Positions 45,413 to 58,800 of a stretch of 64,000 nucleotides of DNA are shown here, one piece after another. The position numbers and the translations under genes are program-made. The DNA is taken from NCBI RefSeq assembly GCF_009914755.1, contig NC_060940.1; one strand, given 5' to 3'. The DNA comes from the human T2T-CHM13v2.0 reference genome, Homo sapiens. The number at the start of each line of letters is the position of its first letter. The first letter of the stretch is position 1. Under the pieces are notes generated by a model, which saw only the letters and a program-made list of their open reading frames with translations, was not told the origin of the DNA and did no database searches.

Positions 45413-48400
45413 ATTCGATTCCATTTGATGATGATTCCATTCGATTCCATTCGATGATGATTCCATTTGATTCCATTTGATGTTGATTCTATTCGATTCT
45501 ATTCAATGATGATTCCATTCGATTTCATTTGATGATTCTATTGGATTCCTTTCGATGATTCTATTCCATTCCATTCGATGATGATACAATTCTCTTCCAT
45601 TGGATGATTCCATTTTATTCCATTCGACGATGACTCCATTTGATTCCATTCAATGATGATTCCATTCGATTCCATTCGGTGATTCCATTTGATTCCATTC
45701 GACGGTGAGCAATTTGATTCAATTCCATAATGATTCTATTTGATTCAATTAGATGATGTTTCCATTCGAATCCATTCGGTGATGATTCCATTGGTATCCA
45801 TTCGACGATGATTCCATATGAGTCAATTCGATGATGATTCCATACGAGTCCGTTGGATGATAATTCCATTTGATTTCATTCAATCCTTCTATTCGATTCC
45901 ATTTGATGATGATTCCATCTGAATCCATTCTCCGATTCCATTCGATTTCATTCGATGCTTCTATTTGATTTCATTCGAAGATGATTCCTTTCAATTCCGT
46001 TCATTAATTCCATTTGATTCCATTCGATGATGATTCCATCCGATTCCATTGGATGATGATTCCATTCGAGTCCATTCGATGATTCCGTTCTAATCCATTC
46101 TATGATTCCATTCGAGTCCATTCGATGATTCCATTCGATTCCATTCAGTGATGATTCCATTTGATTCCATCTGATGATGATTTCATTTGATTCCATTCGA
46201 TGATGATTCCATTGGAGTCCATTGAATGATTCAATTCAATTCCATTCCATGTGGATTCCATTCGAATTCATTCGATTATTCCATTCAAATCCCTTCGTTG
46301 ATTCCATCTGATTCCACTTGACGATGATTCCATTCAAGTCCAATCGATGATTCCATTCGGTTCCATTCAATGATTCCATTCGAGTCCATTTATGTATTAT
46401 ATTCGTGTCCACTTGATGACTCACTCCATTCAATTCCATTTAATGATGATTCCATTTGATTCCATTTGATGATTCAGTTCGATTCCTTACAATGATTCCC
46501 TACGATTCCTTTCTATGATGATTCCATTCGATTCCATTCATTGATGATTCCATTCGACTCCATTCAATGATGATTCCTTTCGATTCCATTTGACGATGTT
46601 TCCATTTGAGTCCATTCGATGATGATTCCATTGGTATCCATTCGACGATGATTCCATATGAGTCAATTCGATGATGATTCCATACGAGTCCGTTGGATGA
46701 TAATTCCATTTGATTTCATTCAATCCTTCTATTCGATTCCATTTGATGATGATTCCATCTGAATCCATTCTCCGATTCCATTCGATTTCATTCGATGCTT
46801 CTATTTGATTTCATTCGAAGATGATTCCTTTCAATTCCATTCATTAATTCCATTTGATTCCATTCGATGATGATTCCATCCGATTCCATTGGATGATGAT
46901 TCCATTCGAGTCCATTCGATGATTCCGTTCTAATCCATTCTATGATTCCATTCGAGTCCATTCGATGATTCCATTCGATTCCATTCAGTGATGATTCCAT
47001 TTGATTCCATCGGATGATGATTTCATTTGATTCCATTCGATGATGATTCCATTGGAGTCCATTGAATGATTCAATTCAATTCCATTCCATGTGGATTCCA
47101 TTCGAATTCATTCGATTATTCCATTCAAATCCCTTCGTTGATTCCATCTGATTCCACTTGACGATGATTCCATTCAAGTCCAATCGATGATTCCATTCGG
47201 TTCCATTCAATGATTCCATTCGAGTCCATTTATGTATTATATTCGTGTCCACTTGATGACTCACTCCTTTCAATTCCATTTAATGATGATTCCATTTGAT
47301 TCCATTTGATGATTCAGTTCGATTCCTTACAATGATTCCCTACGATTCCTTTCTATGATGATTCCATTCGATTCCATTCATTGATGATTCCATTCGACTC
47401 CATTCGATGATGATTCCTTTCGATTCCATTTGACGATGTTTCCATTTGAGTCCATTCGATGATGATTCAATTCAGTTCTGTTCTATTATGAATCCATTCG
47501 ATTTCATTCAATGCTTCTATTTGATTCCATTCGACGATGATTCCATCTCTTTCCCTTCGATGTTTCCATTTGATTCCATTCAGTGATGATTCCATTTGAT
47601 TCCATCTGATGATGATTTCACTTGATTCATTTCAATGATGATTCCATTCAAGTCCATTCGATGATTCCATTGGAGTCCAAACGATCATTCCATTCGATTC
47701 CATTCAATGATGATTCCATTCATGTCCATTCAATGAATCCTTTCAATTCCATTCGATGATGACTCCATTCGAGTACATTCGATGATTCCATTTGATTCCA
47801 TCTGATGATGATTACATTCAATTCCATTCGAAGATGATTCCATTCAATTCCACTTGATGATGATTCCGTATGAATCCATTCGCTGATTATTCCATTCGAT
47901 TCCATTCATTGACGATTCCATTCGATTCCATTCAATGATGATTCTCTTCTATTGCATTCGATGATTCCGTTCGATTCCATTCGATGATGATTCCATTAGA
48001 TTCCATTCGATTGTTGCATTCGATTCCCTTCGATGATGATTCCTTTGAATTCCATTCGATTATGATTCCGTATGAATCCATTTGATGATTATTCCATTGG
48101 ATTCCTTTCGATGATGATTCCATTCGATTCCATTTGATGATGTTTCTCATGTATTCCATTTGATAATTCCTTTCAATTCCCTTCGATGATGATTCTTTCG
48201 AGTCAATTCGATGATTCTATTCCATTCCCTTCGATGATGATTCCATTTCACTCCATTCGATGATTCCATTCGATTCAATTTGGTGATGATTCAATTCGAT
48301 GACATTCGATGACTCCATTCAATTTCATTTGATGATGATTACATTCGAGTCCATTTGATGATTGTATTCCTTTCCTTTTGATGATTATTCCATTCGTGTC

Positions 48401-49085
48401 TATTCAAAGATTCCATTCTATTCCATTCAATGATGATTCCAATTGATTCCATTCAATGATTATGGCTATCGATTCCACTCGTTGATTCCATTTGATTCCA
48501 TTCGATGATTATTCCGTTAGATTCCATTAGGAGATTCCATTCGATTTTATTCAATGATTCCAATTGATTCCATTCAATGATGATTCCATTCGACTCCATT
48601 CAGTGATTCCATTTGAGTCCATTTGATGATTCCATTCGAGTCCATTTGATGATTCCATTCTTTTCCATTTGATGATGATTCCATTAGGGTCCATTCAATG
48701 ATTCCATTCGAGTCCATTCGTTAATGCCTTTCGAGTCCTTTTGATCACTACATTCGAGTCCATTCAATGATTCTATTCGATTCCATTCCATGATGATTCC
48801 ATTCGAGTTCATTCGATGATTGCATTCGAGTCCATTTGATGATTCCATATGATTCCATTCGACAATGATTCCATTCGTGTCCATTTGATGATTCCATTCA
48901 TTTCCTATCGATGAAGATTCCATTCGAGTGTATTCGATGATTCCATTCAAATCCATTCGATGATGATTCCATTCCAGTCCATTCGATCATTCCACTTGAT
49001 TCCATTTGATGACTATTCCATTCAAATCCATTTGATGATTCCATTCGATTCCATTCGATGTTACCATTCGAGTATATACGATGAT
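45413..49085 (+). repeat. Extra diverged HSat2 block D (~3676 bp), absent from 6.1 kb units
   Basis: Lies between TTCTATTATATTGGATGATTCCA (45391; unit 2 11467) and ATGATTCCACTCGATTCCATTTGATGATTATTCC (49081; unit 2 11481), which overlap and are contiguous in standard units. Confidence 0.82.
45781..47460 (+). repeat. 840 bp x2 near-perfect tandem duplication
   Basis: Line-by-line comparison of 45781-46620 with 46621-47460 shows 4 substitutions (45999/46839, 46172/47012, 46428/47268, 46566/47406) and no indels. Identical ORF artefacts start at 45948 and 46788. Confidence 0.95.
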
Positions 49086-49705
49086 TCCACTCGATTCCAT
49101 TTGATGATTATTCCATTGGAGTCGACTTAGAGAATCCTTTAGATTCTACTCGAAGATGATTCCATTCGAGTCCATTCGATGATACCATTCAATTCCATTC
49201 GTTGATGCTTCCATTCAAGTGCATTCGATGATATCATTCGATTCCATTTGATGATAATTCCATTTGATTCCATGCGATGATTCTATTCCATTCCATTCAA
49301 TGATAATTCCATTCAATTCAGTGATTCCTCTGGACTCCATTTGATGATGATTCCATTCAATGATTCCATTCGATTCTATTCCAAAATGATTCCATTTGAA
49401 TCCATTTGATGATGATTCCGTTGGATTCCATTTGATGATTCCATTCGATTCCATTCGATGATGATTCCATTCGATTCCATTCGATGATGATTGGATTCGA
49501 TTCCATTTGATGATTTCATTTGATTCCATTCGATAATGATTTCGATCAATTCCATTCGATGATTCCATTCGATTCCATTCGATAATGATTACATCCGAGT
49601 CCATTCGATGATTCCATTTGAGCCCGTTCGATAATTCCATTTGAGTCTAATCAATGATTCCATTCATTTCCATTCAATGATTCCATTCGAGTCCATTTGA
49701 TCATT

Positions 49706-52700
49706 CCGGTAGGGTCCGTTCGATGTTGATTCCATTGGAGTGCATTCGATGATTCCATTCGAGTCCATTTTAGGATTTGATTCGAGTCCTTTCGATGATT
49801 CCATTCGATTCCACTCGATGATTTCATTCGAGTCCATTCGACACTTCCAATCGATTCCATTTGATGTTTCCATTCGAGTCCAATTGATGATTCCATTCAA
49901 TTCCATTCGATGATGATTCCGTACGATTCCATTCTGTGATGATTCCATGTGATTGCATTCAATGATGATTCCTTTCGATTGCATTCGATTATGATTCATT
50001 TCGTGTTCATTCTATGGTTCCACAGGTTTCCATTCGTGTCCATTCCATTATTCCATTCTATTCCATTTGATGATGATTCCATTCGATTCCATTCATTGGT
50101 GATTCCACTCAATTCCATTCAATGATTCCATTCCATTTCTTTCAACAATGATTCCATTAGTTTCTAATCGATGATCCACTTGATTCCATTTGACGACGAT
50201 TCCATTCTTGTCCATTCGATGATTCCATTTGATTCCATACGATGATGATTCCATTCGATTCCATACGATGATGATTCCATTCGAGTCCATTCAATGGTGA
50301 TTCCATTCAATTCCATTCGGTGATTCCTTTCGATTCCATTCGATGATGATGGCATTCGATTCCTTTCAATCATTCCATTTGATTCCATTCAAAGGTGATT
50401 TCATTCAAGTCCATTCGATAATTGCATTCGATTCCATTCTATGAGGATTCCATTCGAGTCCATTTGATGATTCCATTCAATTCAAGTCAATGATGATTCC
50501 ATTCGATTCCATTCGATGATTCCATTGGATTCCATTCGATGATGATTCCATTCAAATCCATTCGATAATTCAATTCAAGTCCATTCGATGATGATTCCAA
50601 TCGAATCCATTCAAAGGTTCCATTCAGTTTCATTCGATGATTCCCTTAGATTCCATTCGATGATTCCACTTGATTCCATTTACGATGATTCCATTCGATT
50701 CCATGTGATGATTCCATTCAATTCTATTCAATGCTTTTTCCATTTGATTCCATTCGACCATGATTGCCTTTGATTCCATTCAATGATTCCATTCGGTTCC
50801 TTTTGATGATGATTCCGTTCGATTCCATTTGATGATTCCACTGGATTCCATTGGATGAGTCCATTCCATTACATTCGATGATTATTCCATTCGAGTGCAT
50901 TAGATGATTCCATTCGAGTCCATTCGATGATTCCATTCGATTCCATTCGATGTTGATTCTGTTCAAATCCATTCGATGATTCCACTCGATTCCATTCGAT
51001 GACTCCAGTTGATCCCATTCGATGATTTCCTTTGATTCCCTTTGATGATCATTCCATTTGATTCAATTCGGTGATTTCATTTGATTCCATTCAGTGATGT
51101 TTCCATTCGACTCCATTCGATGATGATTCCATTCGACTCCATTCGATTATGATTTCATTCAATTCCATTCGATAATGATTCCCTTCGAGTCCATTCGATG
51201 ATTCCATTCGATTCCATTCAACGATGATTTGATTCGTGTCCATTCGATGATTCCATTTGATTCCACTTGATGATGATTCCATTCGAGTCCATTTGATGAT
51301 TCCATTCAATTCCATACTCCGATGATTTCTTTTGAGCCCACTCAATGCTTCCACTCGATTCCATATGATGATGACTCCATTCGATGAAATTCGATGATGA
51401 TTCCATTCGCTTGCTTTCGATGATGATTCCACTTGAGTCCGTTAGAAGATTCTATTCAATTACATTCCATGACGATTCCGTTCGAGTCCATTTGATGATT
51501 CCATTAGACTCCATTCGACGATGATTCCATTCGATGTTATTCGATGATTCCATTCGATCTCATTCGTTGATGATTCCATTCAACTCCATTCGATGTTTCC
51601 ATTCGAGTTCATTCTATTATTCCATTAGATTCCATTCGATGATGATTCCATTCGATTCCATTTGATGATTGCATTCTATTTCATTTGATGATGATTCCAT
51701 TCGAGTCCACTCGATGATTCCATTCGAGTCCATTTAATGAATCCATTGGTTTCAATTCTATGATGATTACATTGGATTCCATTCGTTGATGATTTCATTC
51801 GGTTCCATTCAATGATGATTCTATTCAATTCCTTTCAATGTTTCCATTCAATTCCATACGATAATGATTCCATTTGATTTGATTCGACAGTGAGCCATTC
51901 GATTCAATTCCATGATGTTTCTATTTGATTCAATTGGTTGACATTTCCATTCGATTCCATTCGATGATGATTCCCTTTGATTCCATTCAAAGATGATTCC
52001 ATTCTAGCCCATTCAATCATTCCATTCGATTCTATTCAATGATGATTCCATTCATGTCGATTTGGTGATTCCATTTGACTTCATTTGATGATGATTCCTT
52101 TCAAGTTCATTAGATGATTCCATTCGATTCCATTTGATGATGATCCCATTCGAGTCCATTCAGTGATTCCATTCGTTTCCATTCCATGATGATTCCATTC
52201 CATTCCATGCAATGATTCCATTCGATTCCGTTTGATGATGATTTCATTCGAGTCCATTTGATGATTCCATTTGATTCCATTCGATGATGATTCCATTCGA
52301 GTCCATTCGATGATTCTATTCGAATCCATTTGATGATTTCTTTTGATTATAGTTGGTGATGATTCCATTGGAGTCCATTCAATGATTCCATTCGATTCCA
52401 ATCGATGGTGATTCCATTAGAGTCCATTTAATGATTCCATTTGATTCCAGTCTCTGATGATTACATTTGAGTCCATACGATGATTCCACTCAATTCCATA
52501 TGATGATGATTCCATTCGATTCCATTCGATGATTCCATTCTATTCTATTCAATGGTGATTCCATTCGAGTACATTAGATGATTCCATTCGATTCCATTCA
52601 ATGATGATTCTATTTGTGTCCCTTAGGTGATTCCACATGATTCCATTAGATGATGATACTATTTGAGCCCATCCAATGATTCCCTTCGATTCCATTCGAT

Positions 52701-55700
52701 GAGGATTCCATTCGATTCAATTCATTGGTGATTCTATTCAATTCAATTCTTTGATTCCATTGCATTCCATTCGACAATGATTCCATTCGATTTCTTTCGA
52801 TGATTCCACTCGATTCCACTTGACATTGATTCCATTCGATTCCATTCAATGATTCCATTTGATTCCAGTGGATGATGATTGCCATCGATTCCATTCGATC
52901 ACTCCATTCTATTCCATTTGATGATGATTACATTCGATTCCATTTGATGATTCCATCTGATTCTATTCGAGGATTCCATTTGATTCCATTCGATGATGAT
53001 TCCATTCGAGTCCATTCGATGATTTCATTCGAGTACATCCAATGATTCCATTCGAGTCCATTTGATGATTCCATTTGATTCCATTTGATTATGATTCTAC
53101 TAGAGTCCATTCAATGACTCCATTCGAGTCCATTCAACAATTCCATTCGACTCCATTTGATGATTCCATTCGATTCCATTTGATGATTCCTTTCGAGTCC
53201 ATTTAATCATTACAGTCGAGTCCATTTGGTGATTCCGCTGGATTTCCTTTGAAAATGATACCATTCAATTACATTTGATGATGATCCCATTCAATTTCAT
53301 TTGATGATGATTCCATTAGAGTCCATTCGATGATTTAATTCGAGTCCCTTCATTGATTCCATCCGATTTCATTGGATGATGACTCCATTCGAGTCCATTC
53401 GATGATTCCACTCGATTCCATTAGATGATTCCATTGGAGTCCATTTGATTGTTCCATTCGATTCCATTCGATTCCTTTCGAAGATTATTCCATTTGAGTC
53501 CATTCGATGATGATTCCATTCCATTCCATTCGATGATTCCGTTTGATTCCATTTGATGATTCCCTTCGATTCCTTTCTTTGATGATTCCATTCCATTCCT
53601 TTCAATGATTCCATTCGAATCTATTCCATGATGATTCCTTTCGATTCCATTCGCTGATGTTTCCGTTCAATTCCATTCGATGATGATTCCATTCGATTCC
53701 ATTCATTGAGGATTCCATTTGATTCCATTCAATGATGATTCCATTCTATTCCATTCAAAGATTGCATTCAATTCCATTCAATGATTATCCCCTTAGAGTA
53801 AACTCAACGATTCCATTCAATACCATTCGATGATGATTCCTTTTGAGTCCATTCAATGATTTCATTCAAGTCCATTTGATGATTCCTTTCAATTCCATTC
53901 TATGATGATTCCATTCGAGTCCATTCGATGATTCCATTCGATTGCATTCGATGATTCCATTATATTCCAGTCAACGATGATTCCATTCGAGTCCATTCGA
54001 TGATTCCATTAGAGTACATTTAATGATTGCTTTGTTTTCAATTCGAAGATGATTACATTGGATTCCATTCTATGATACCATTCGATTCCATTCAATGATG
54101 ACTCCACTCAAATCCATTGGATGATTCCATTCGTGTCCATTCGGTGATTTCATTAGATTCCTTTCGAGGATGATTCCTTTCGATTCCATTCGATGATTCC
54201 ATTCAATTCCATTCGATGATAATTCCATTCGAGTCCATATGATCATTCCATTTAATTTCATTCGATGATGATTCCATTCGATTCCATTCGACGATTCCAT
54301 TCTATTCCATTCGATGATGATTCCATTCGAGTCCATTCGATGATTCCATTCGAGTCCATTTAATGATTCCATTGGGTTCAATTCAATGATGATTACATTG
54401 GATTCCGTTCTATGATTCCATTCAATTCCGTTCATTGACAATTTGATTCCATTCGATGATGATTCCATTTGAGTTCATTCGATGATTCTATTCGATTCTC
54501 TTCGATGGTGATTCAATTCTATTATATTGGATGATTCCATTCGATTCCATTTGATGTTGATTCAATTCGATTCTATTCGATGATGATTCCATTGGATTTC
54601 ACTTGATGATTCTATTCGATTCCATTCAATGATGATTCACTTCTCGTCCATTGGATCATTCCATTTCATTCCATTCGATGATGATTCCATTCGATTCCAT
54701 TCGATGATTCCATTTGATTCCATGCGACGGTGAGCAATTCGATTCAATTCCATGATGATTCTATTTGATTCAATTAGATGATGTTTCCATTCGAATCCAT
54801 TCCATGATTATTCCATTGGAATCCATTCGGCGATGATTCCATATGAGTCAATTCAATGATGATTCCATATGGGTCCGTTCGATGATAATTCCATTTGATT
54901 TCATTCGATGCTTCTATTCAATTCCAGTTGATGATGATTCCGTTGGAGTCCATACGATGATTCCATTTGATTTCATTTGATGATGATTCCATTCGATTCC
55001 ATTCGATGATGATTACATTGGATTCCATTCTATGATTCCATTCAATTCCATTCGTTGATGATTCGATTCCCTTCAATGATGATTCCACTTGAGTTCATTC
55101 GATGATTCTATTCGATTCAGTTCGATGGTGATTCAATTCTCTTATATTGGATGATTTCACTCGATTCCATTTGATGATTATTCCATTGGAGTCCACTTAG
55201 TGAATCCTTTAGATTCTACTCGAAGATGATTCCATTCGAGTCCATTCGATGATACCATTCAATTCCATTCGTTGATGCTTCCATTCAAGTGCATTCGATG
55301 ATATCATTCGATTCCATTTGATGATAATTCCATTTGACTCCATGCGATGATTCTATTCGATTCCATTCAATGATAATTCCTTTGAATTCAGTGATTCCTC
55401 TGGACTCCATTTGATGATGATTCCATTCAATCATTCCGTTCGATTCTATTCGAAAATGATTCCATTTGAATCCATTTGATGATGATTCCATTAGATTCCA
55501 TTTGATGATTCCATTCGATTCCATTCGACGATGATTCCATTCGATTCCATTTGATGATTCCATTCTATTCTATTCGATGATGATTCCATTCGATTCCATT
55601 CGATGATGATTGGATTCGATTCCATTTGATGACTTCATTTGATTCCATTCGTTAATGATTTCGATCAATTCCATTCAATGATTCCATTCGATTCCATTCG

Positions 55701-55824
55701 ATAATGATTACATCCGAGTCCATTCGATGATTCCCTTTGAGCCCGTTCGATAATTCCATTTGAGTCCAATCAATGATTCCATTCATTTCCATTCAATGAT
55801 TCCATTCGAGTCCATTTGATCATT
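49706..55824 (+). repeat. Higher-order unit 8 (6119 bp)
   Basis: Landmark distance 49706->55825, with -3 bp at ~49820 and +10 bp at ~54995 relative to a 6112 bp unit. Confidence 0.9.
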
Positions 55825-58800
55825 CCGGTAGGGTCCATTCGATGTTGATTCCATTGGAGTGCATTCGATGATTCCATTCGAGTCCATTTTAGGATTTGAT
55901 TCGAGTCCTTTCGATGATTCCATTCGACTCCACTCGATGATGATTTCATTCGAGTCCATTCGACACTTCCAATCGATTCCATTTGATGTTTCCTTTCGAG
56001 TCCAATTGATGATTCCATTCAATTCCATTCGATGATGATTCCGTACGGTTCCATTCTGTGATGATTCCATGTGATTGCATTCAATGATGATTCCTTTCGA
56101 TTGCATTCGATTATGATTCATTTCGTGTTCATTCTATGGTTCCACACCTTTCCATTCGTGTCCATTCCATTATTCCATTCTATTCCATTTGATGATGATT
56201 CCATTCGATTCCATTCATTGGTGATTCCACTCAATTCCATTCAATGATTCCATTCCATTTCTTTCAACAATGATTCCATTACTTTCTAATCGATTATCCA
56301 CTTGATTCCATTTGACGACGATTCCATTCTTGTCCATTCGATGATTCCATTTGATTCCATATGATGATGATTCCATTCGATTCCATACGATGATGATTCC
56401 ATTCGAGTCCATTCAATGGTGATTCCATTCAATTCCATTCGATGATTCCTTTCGATTCCATTCGATGATGATGGCATTCGATTCCTTTCAATCATTCCCT
56501 TTGATTCCATTCAAAGGTGATTTCATTCAAGTCCATTGGATAATTGCATTCGATTCCATTCTATGATGATTCCATTCGAGTCCATTTGATGATTCCATTC
56601 AATTCAAGTCAATGATGATTCCATTCGATTCCATTCGATGATTCCATTGGATTCCATTCGATGATAATTCCATTCAAATCCTTTCGATAATTCAATTCAA
56701 GTCCATTCGATGATGATTCCAATCGAATCCATTCAAAGATTCCATTCAGTTCCATTCGATGATTCCCTTAGATTCCATTCGATGATTCCACTTGATTCTA
56801 TTTACGATGATTCCATTCGATTCCATGTGATGATTCCATTCAATTCTATTCAATGCTTTTTCCATTTGATTCCATTCGACCATGATTGCCTTTGATTCCA
56901 TTCAATGATTCCATTCGGTTCCTTTTGATGATGATTCCGTTCGATTCCATTTGATGATTCCATTTGATTCCATTGGATGAGTCCATTCGATTACATTCGA
57001 TGATAATTCCATTCGAGTGCATTAGATGATTCCATTCGAGTCCATTCGATGATTCCATTCGATTCCATTCGATGTTGATTCTGTTCAAATCCCTTCGATG
57101 ATTCCACTCGATTCCATTCGATGACTCCATTTGATCCCATTCGATGATTTCCTGTGATTCCCTTTGATGATCATTCCATTTGATTCAATTCGGTGATTTC
57201 ATTTGATTCCATTCAGTGATGTTTCCATTCGACTCCATTCGATGATGATTCCATTCGACTCCATTCGATTATGATTTCATTCAATTCCATTCGATAATGA
57301 TTCCCTTCGAGTCCATTCGATGATTCCATTCGATTCCATTCAACGATGATTTGATTCGTGTCCATTCGATGATTCCATTTGATTCCAGTTGATGAGGATT
57401 CCATTCGAGTCCATTTGATGATTCCATTCAATTCCATTCTCCGATGATTTCTTTTGAGCCCATTCAATGCTTCCACTCGATTCCATATGATGATGACTCC
57501 ATTCGATGAAATTCGATGATGATTCCATTCGCTTGCATTCGATGATGATTCCACTTGAGTCCGTTAGAAGATTCTATTCAATTACATTCCATGACGATTC
57601 CGTTCGAGTCCATTTGATGATTCCATTAGACTCCATTCGACGATGATTCCATTCGATGTTATTCGATGATTCCATTCGATCTCATTCGATGATGATTCCA
57701 TTCAACTCCATTCGATGTTTCCATTCGAGTTCATTCTATTATTCCATTAGATTCCATTCGATGATGATTCCATTCGATTCCATTTGATGATTGCATTCTA
57801 TTTCATTTGATGATGATTCCATTCGAGTCCACTCGATGATTCCATTCGAGTCCATTTAATGAATCCATTGGTTTCAATTCTATGATGATTACATTGGATT
57901 CCATTCGTTGATGATTTCATTCGGTTCCATTCAATGATGATTCTATTCAATTCCTTTCAATGTTTCCATTCAATTCCATACGATGATGATTCCATTTGAT
58001 TTGATTCGACAGTGAGCCATTCGATTCAATTCCATGATGATTCTATTTGATTCAATTGCTTGACATTTCCATTCGATTCCATTCGATGATGATTCCCTTT
58101 GATTCCATTCAAAGAGGATTCCATTCTAGCCCATTCAATCATTCCATTCGATTCTATTCAATGATGATTCCATTCATGTCGATTTGGTGATTCCATTTGA
58201 CTTCATTTGATGATGATTCCTTTCAAGTTCATTAGATGATTCCATTCGATTCCATTTGATGATGATCCCATTCGAGTCCATTCAGTGATTCCATTCGTTT
58301 CCATTCCATGATGATTCCATTCCATTCCATTCAATGATTCCATTCGATTCTGTTTGATGATGATTTCATTCGAGTCCATTTGATGATTCCATTTGATTCC
58401 ATTCGATGATGATTCCATTCGAGTCCATTCGATGATTCTATTCGAATCCACTTGATGATTTCTCTTGATTATAGTTGGTGATGATTCCTTTGGAGTCCAT
58501 TCAATGATTCCATTCGATTCCAATCGATGGTGATTCCATTAGAGTCCATTTAATGATTCCATTTGATTCCAGTCTCTGATGATTACATTCGAGTCCATAC
58601 GATGATTCCACTCAATTCCATATGATGATGATTCCATTCGATTCCATTCGATGATTCCATTCTATTCTATTCAATGGTGATTCCATTCGAGTACATTAGA
58701 TGATTCCATTCGATTCCATTCAATGATGATTCTATTTGTGTCCCTTAGATGATTCCACATGATTGCATTAGATGATGATACTATTTGAGCCCATCCAATG

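Larger units (their letters stand above)
36687..49705 (+). repeat. Long higher-order unit 7 (13019 bp): standard unit segments in collinear order plus four extra HSat2 blocks
   Basis: Landmark distance 36687->49706. The offset to unit 2 jumps 31071->31829->33842 (33819 after a 23 bp loss)->33924->37600, giving extra blocks of 758, 2013, 105 and 3676 bp. Confidence 0.88.

Noticed and set aside
41487-49085. Mobile element insertion explaining the 13 kb unit (~6.5 kb extra, L1-sized)
   Set aside because: The extra sequence is entirely HSat2-like and split into four blocks, with no poly(A), target-site duplication, LTR or RT ORF.
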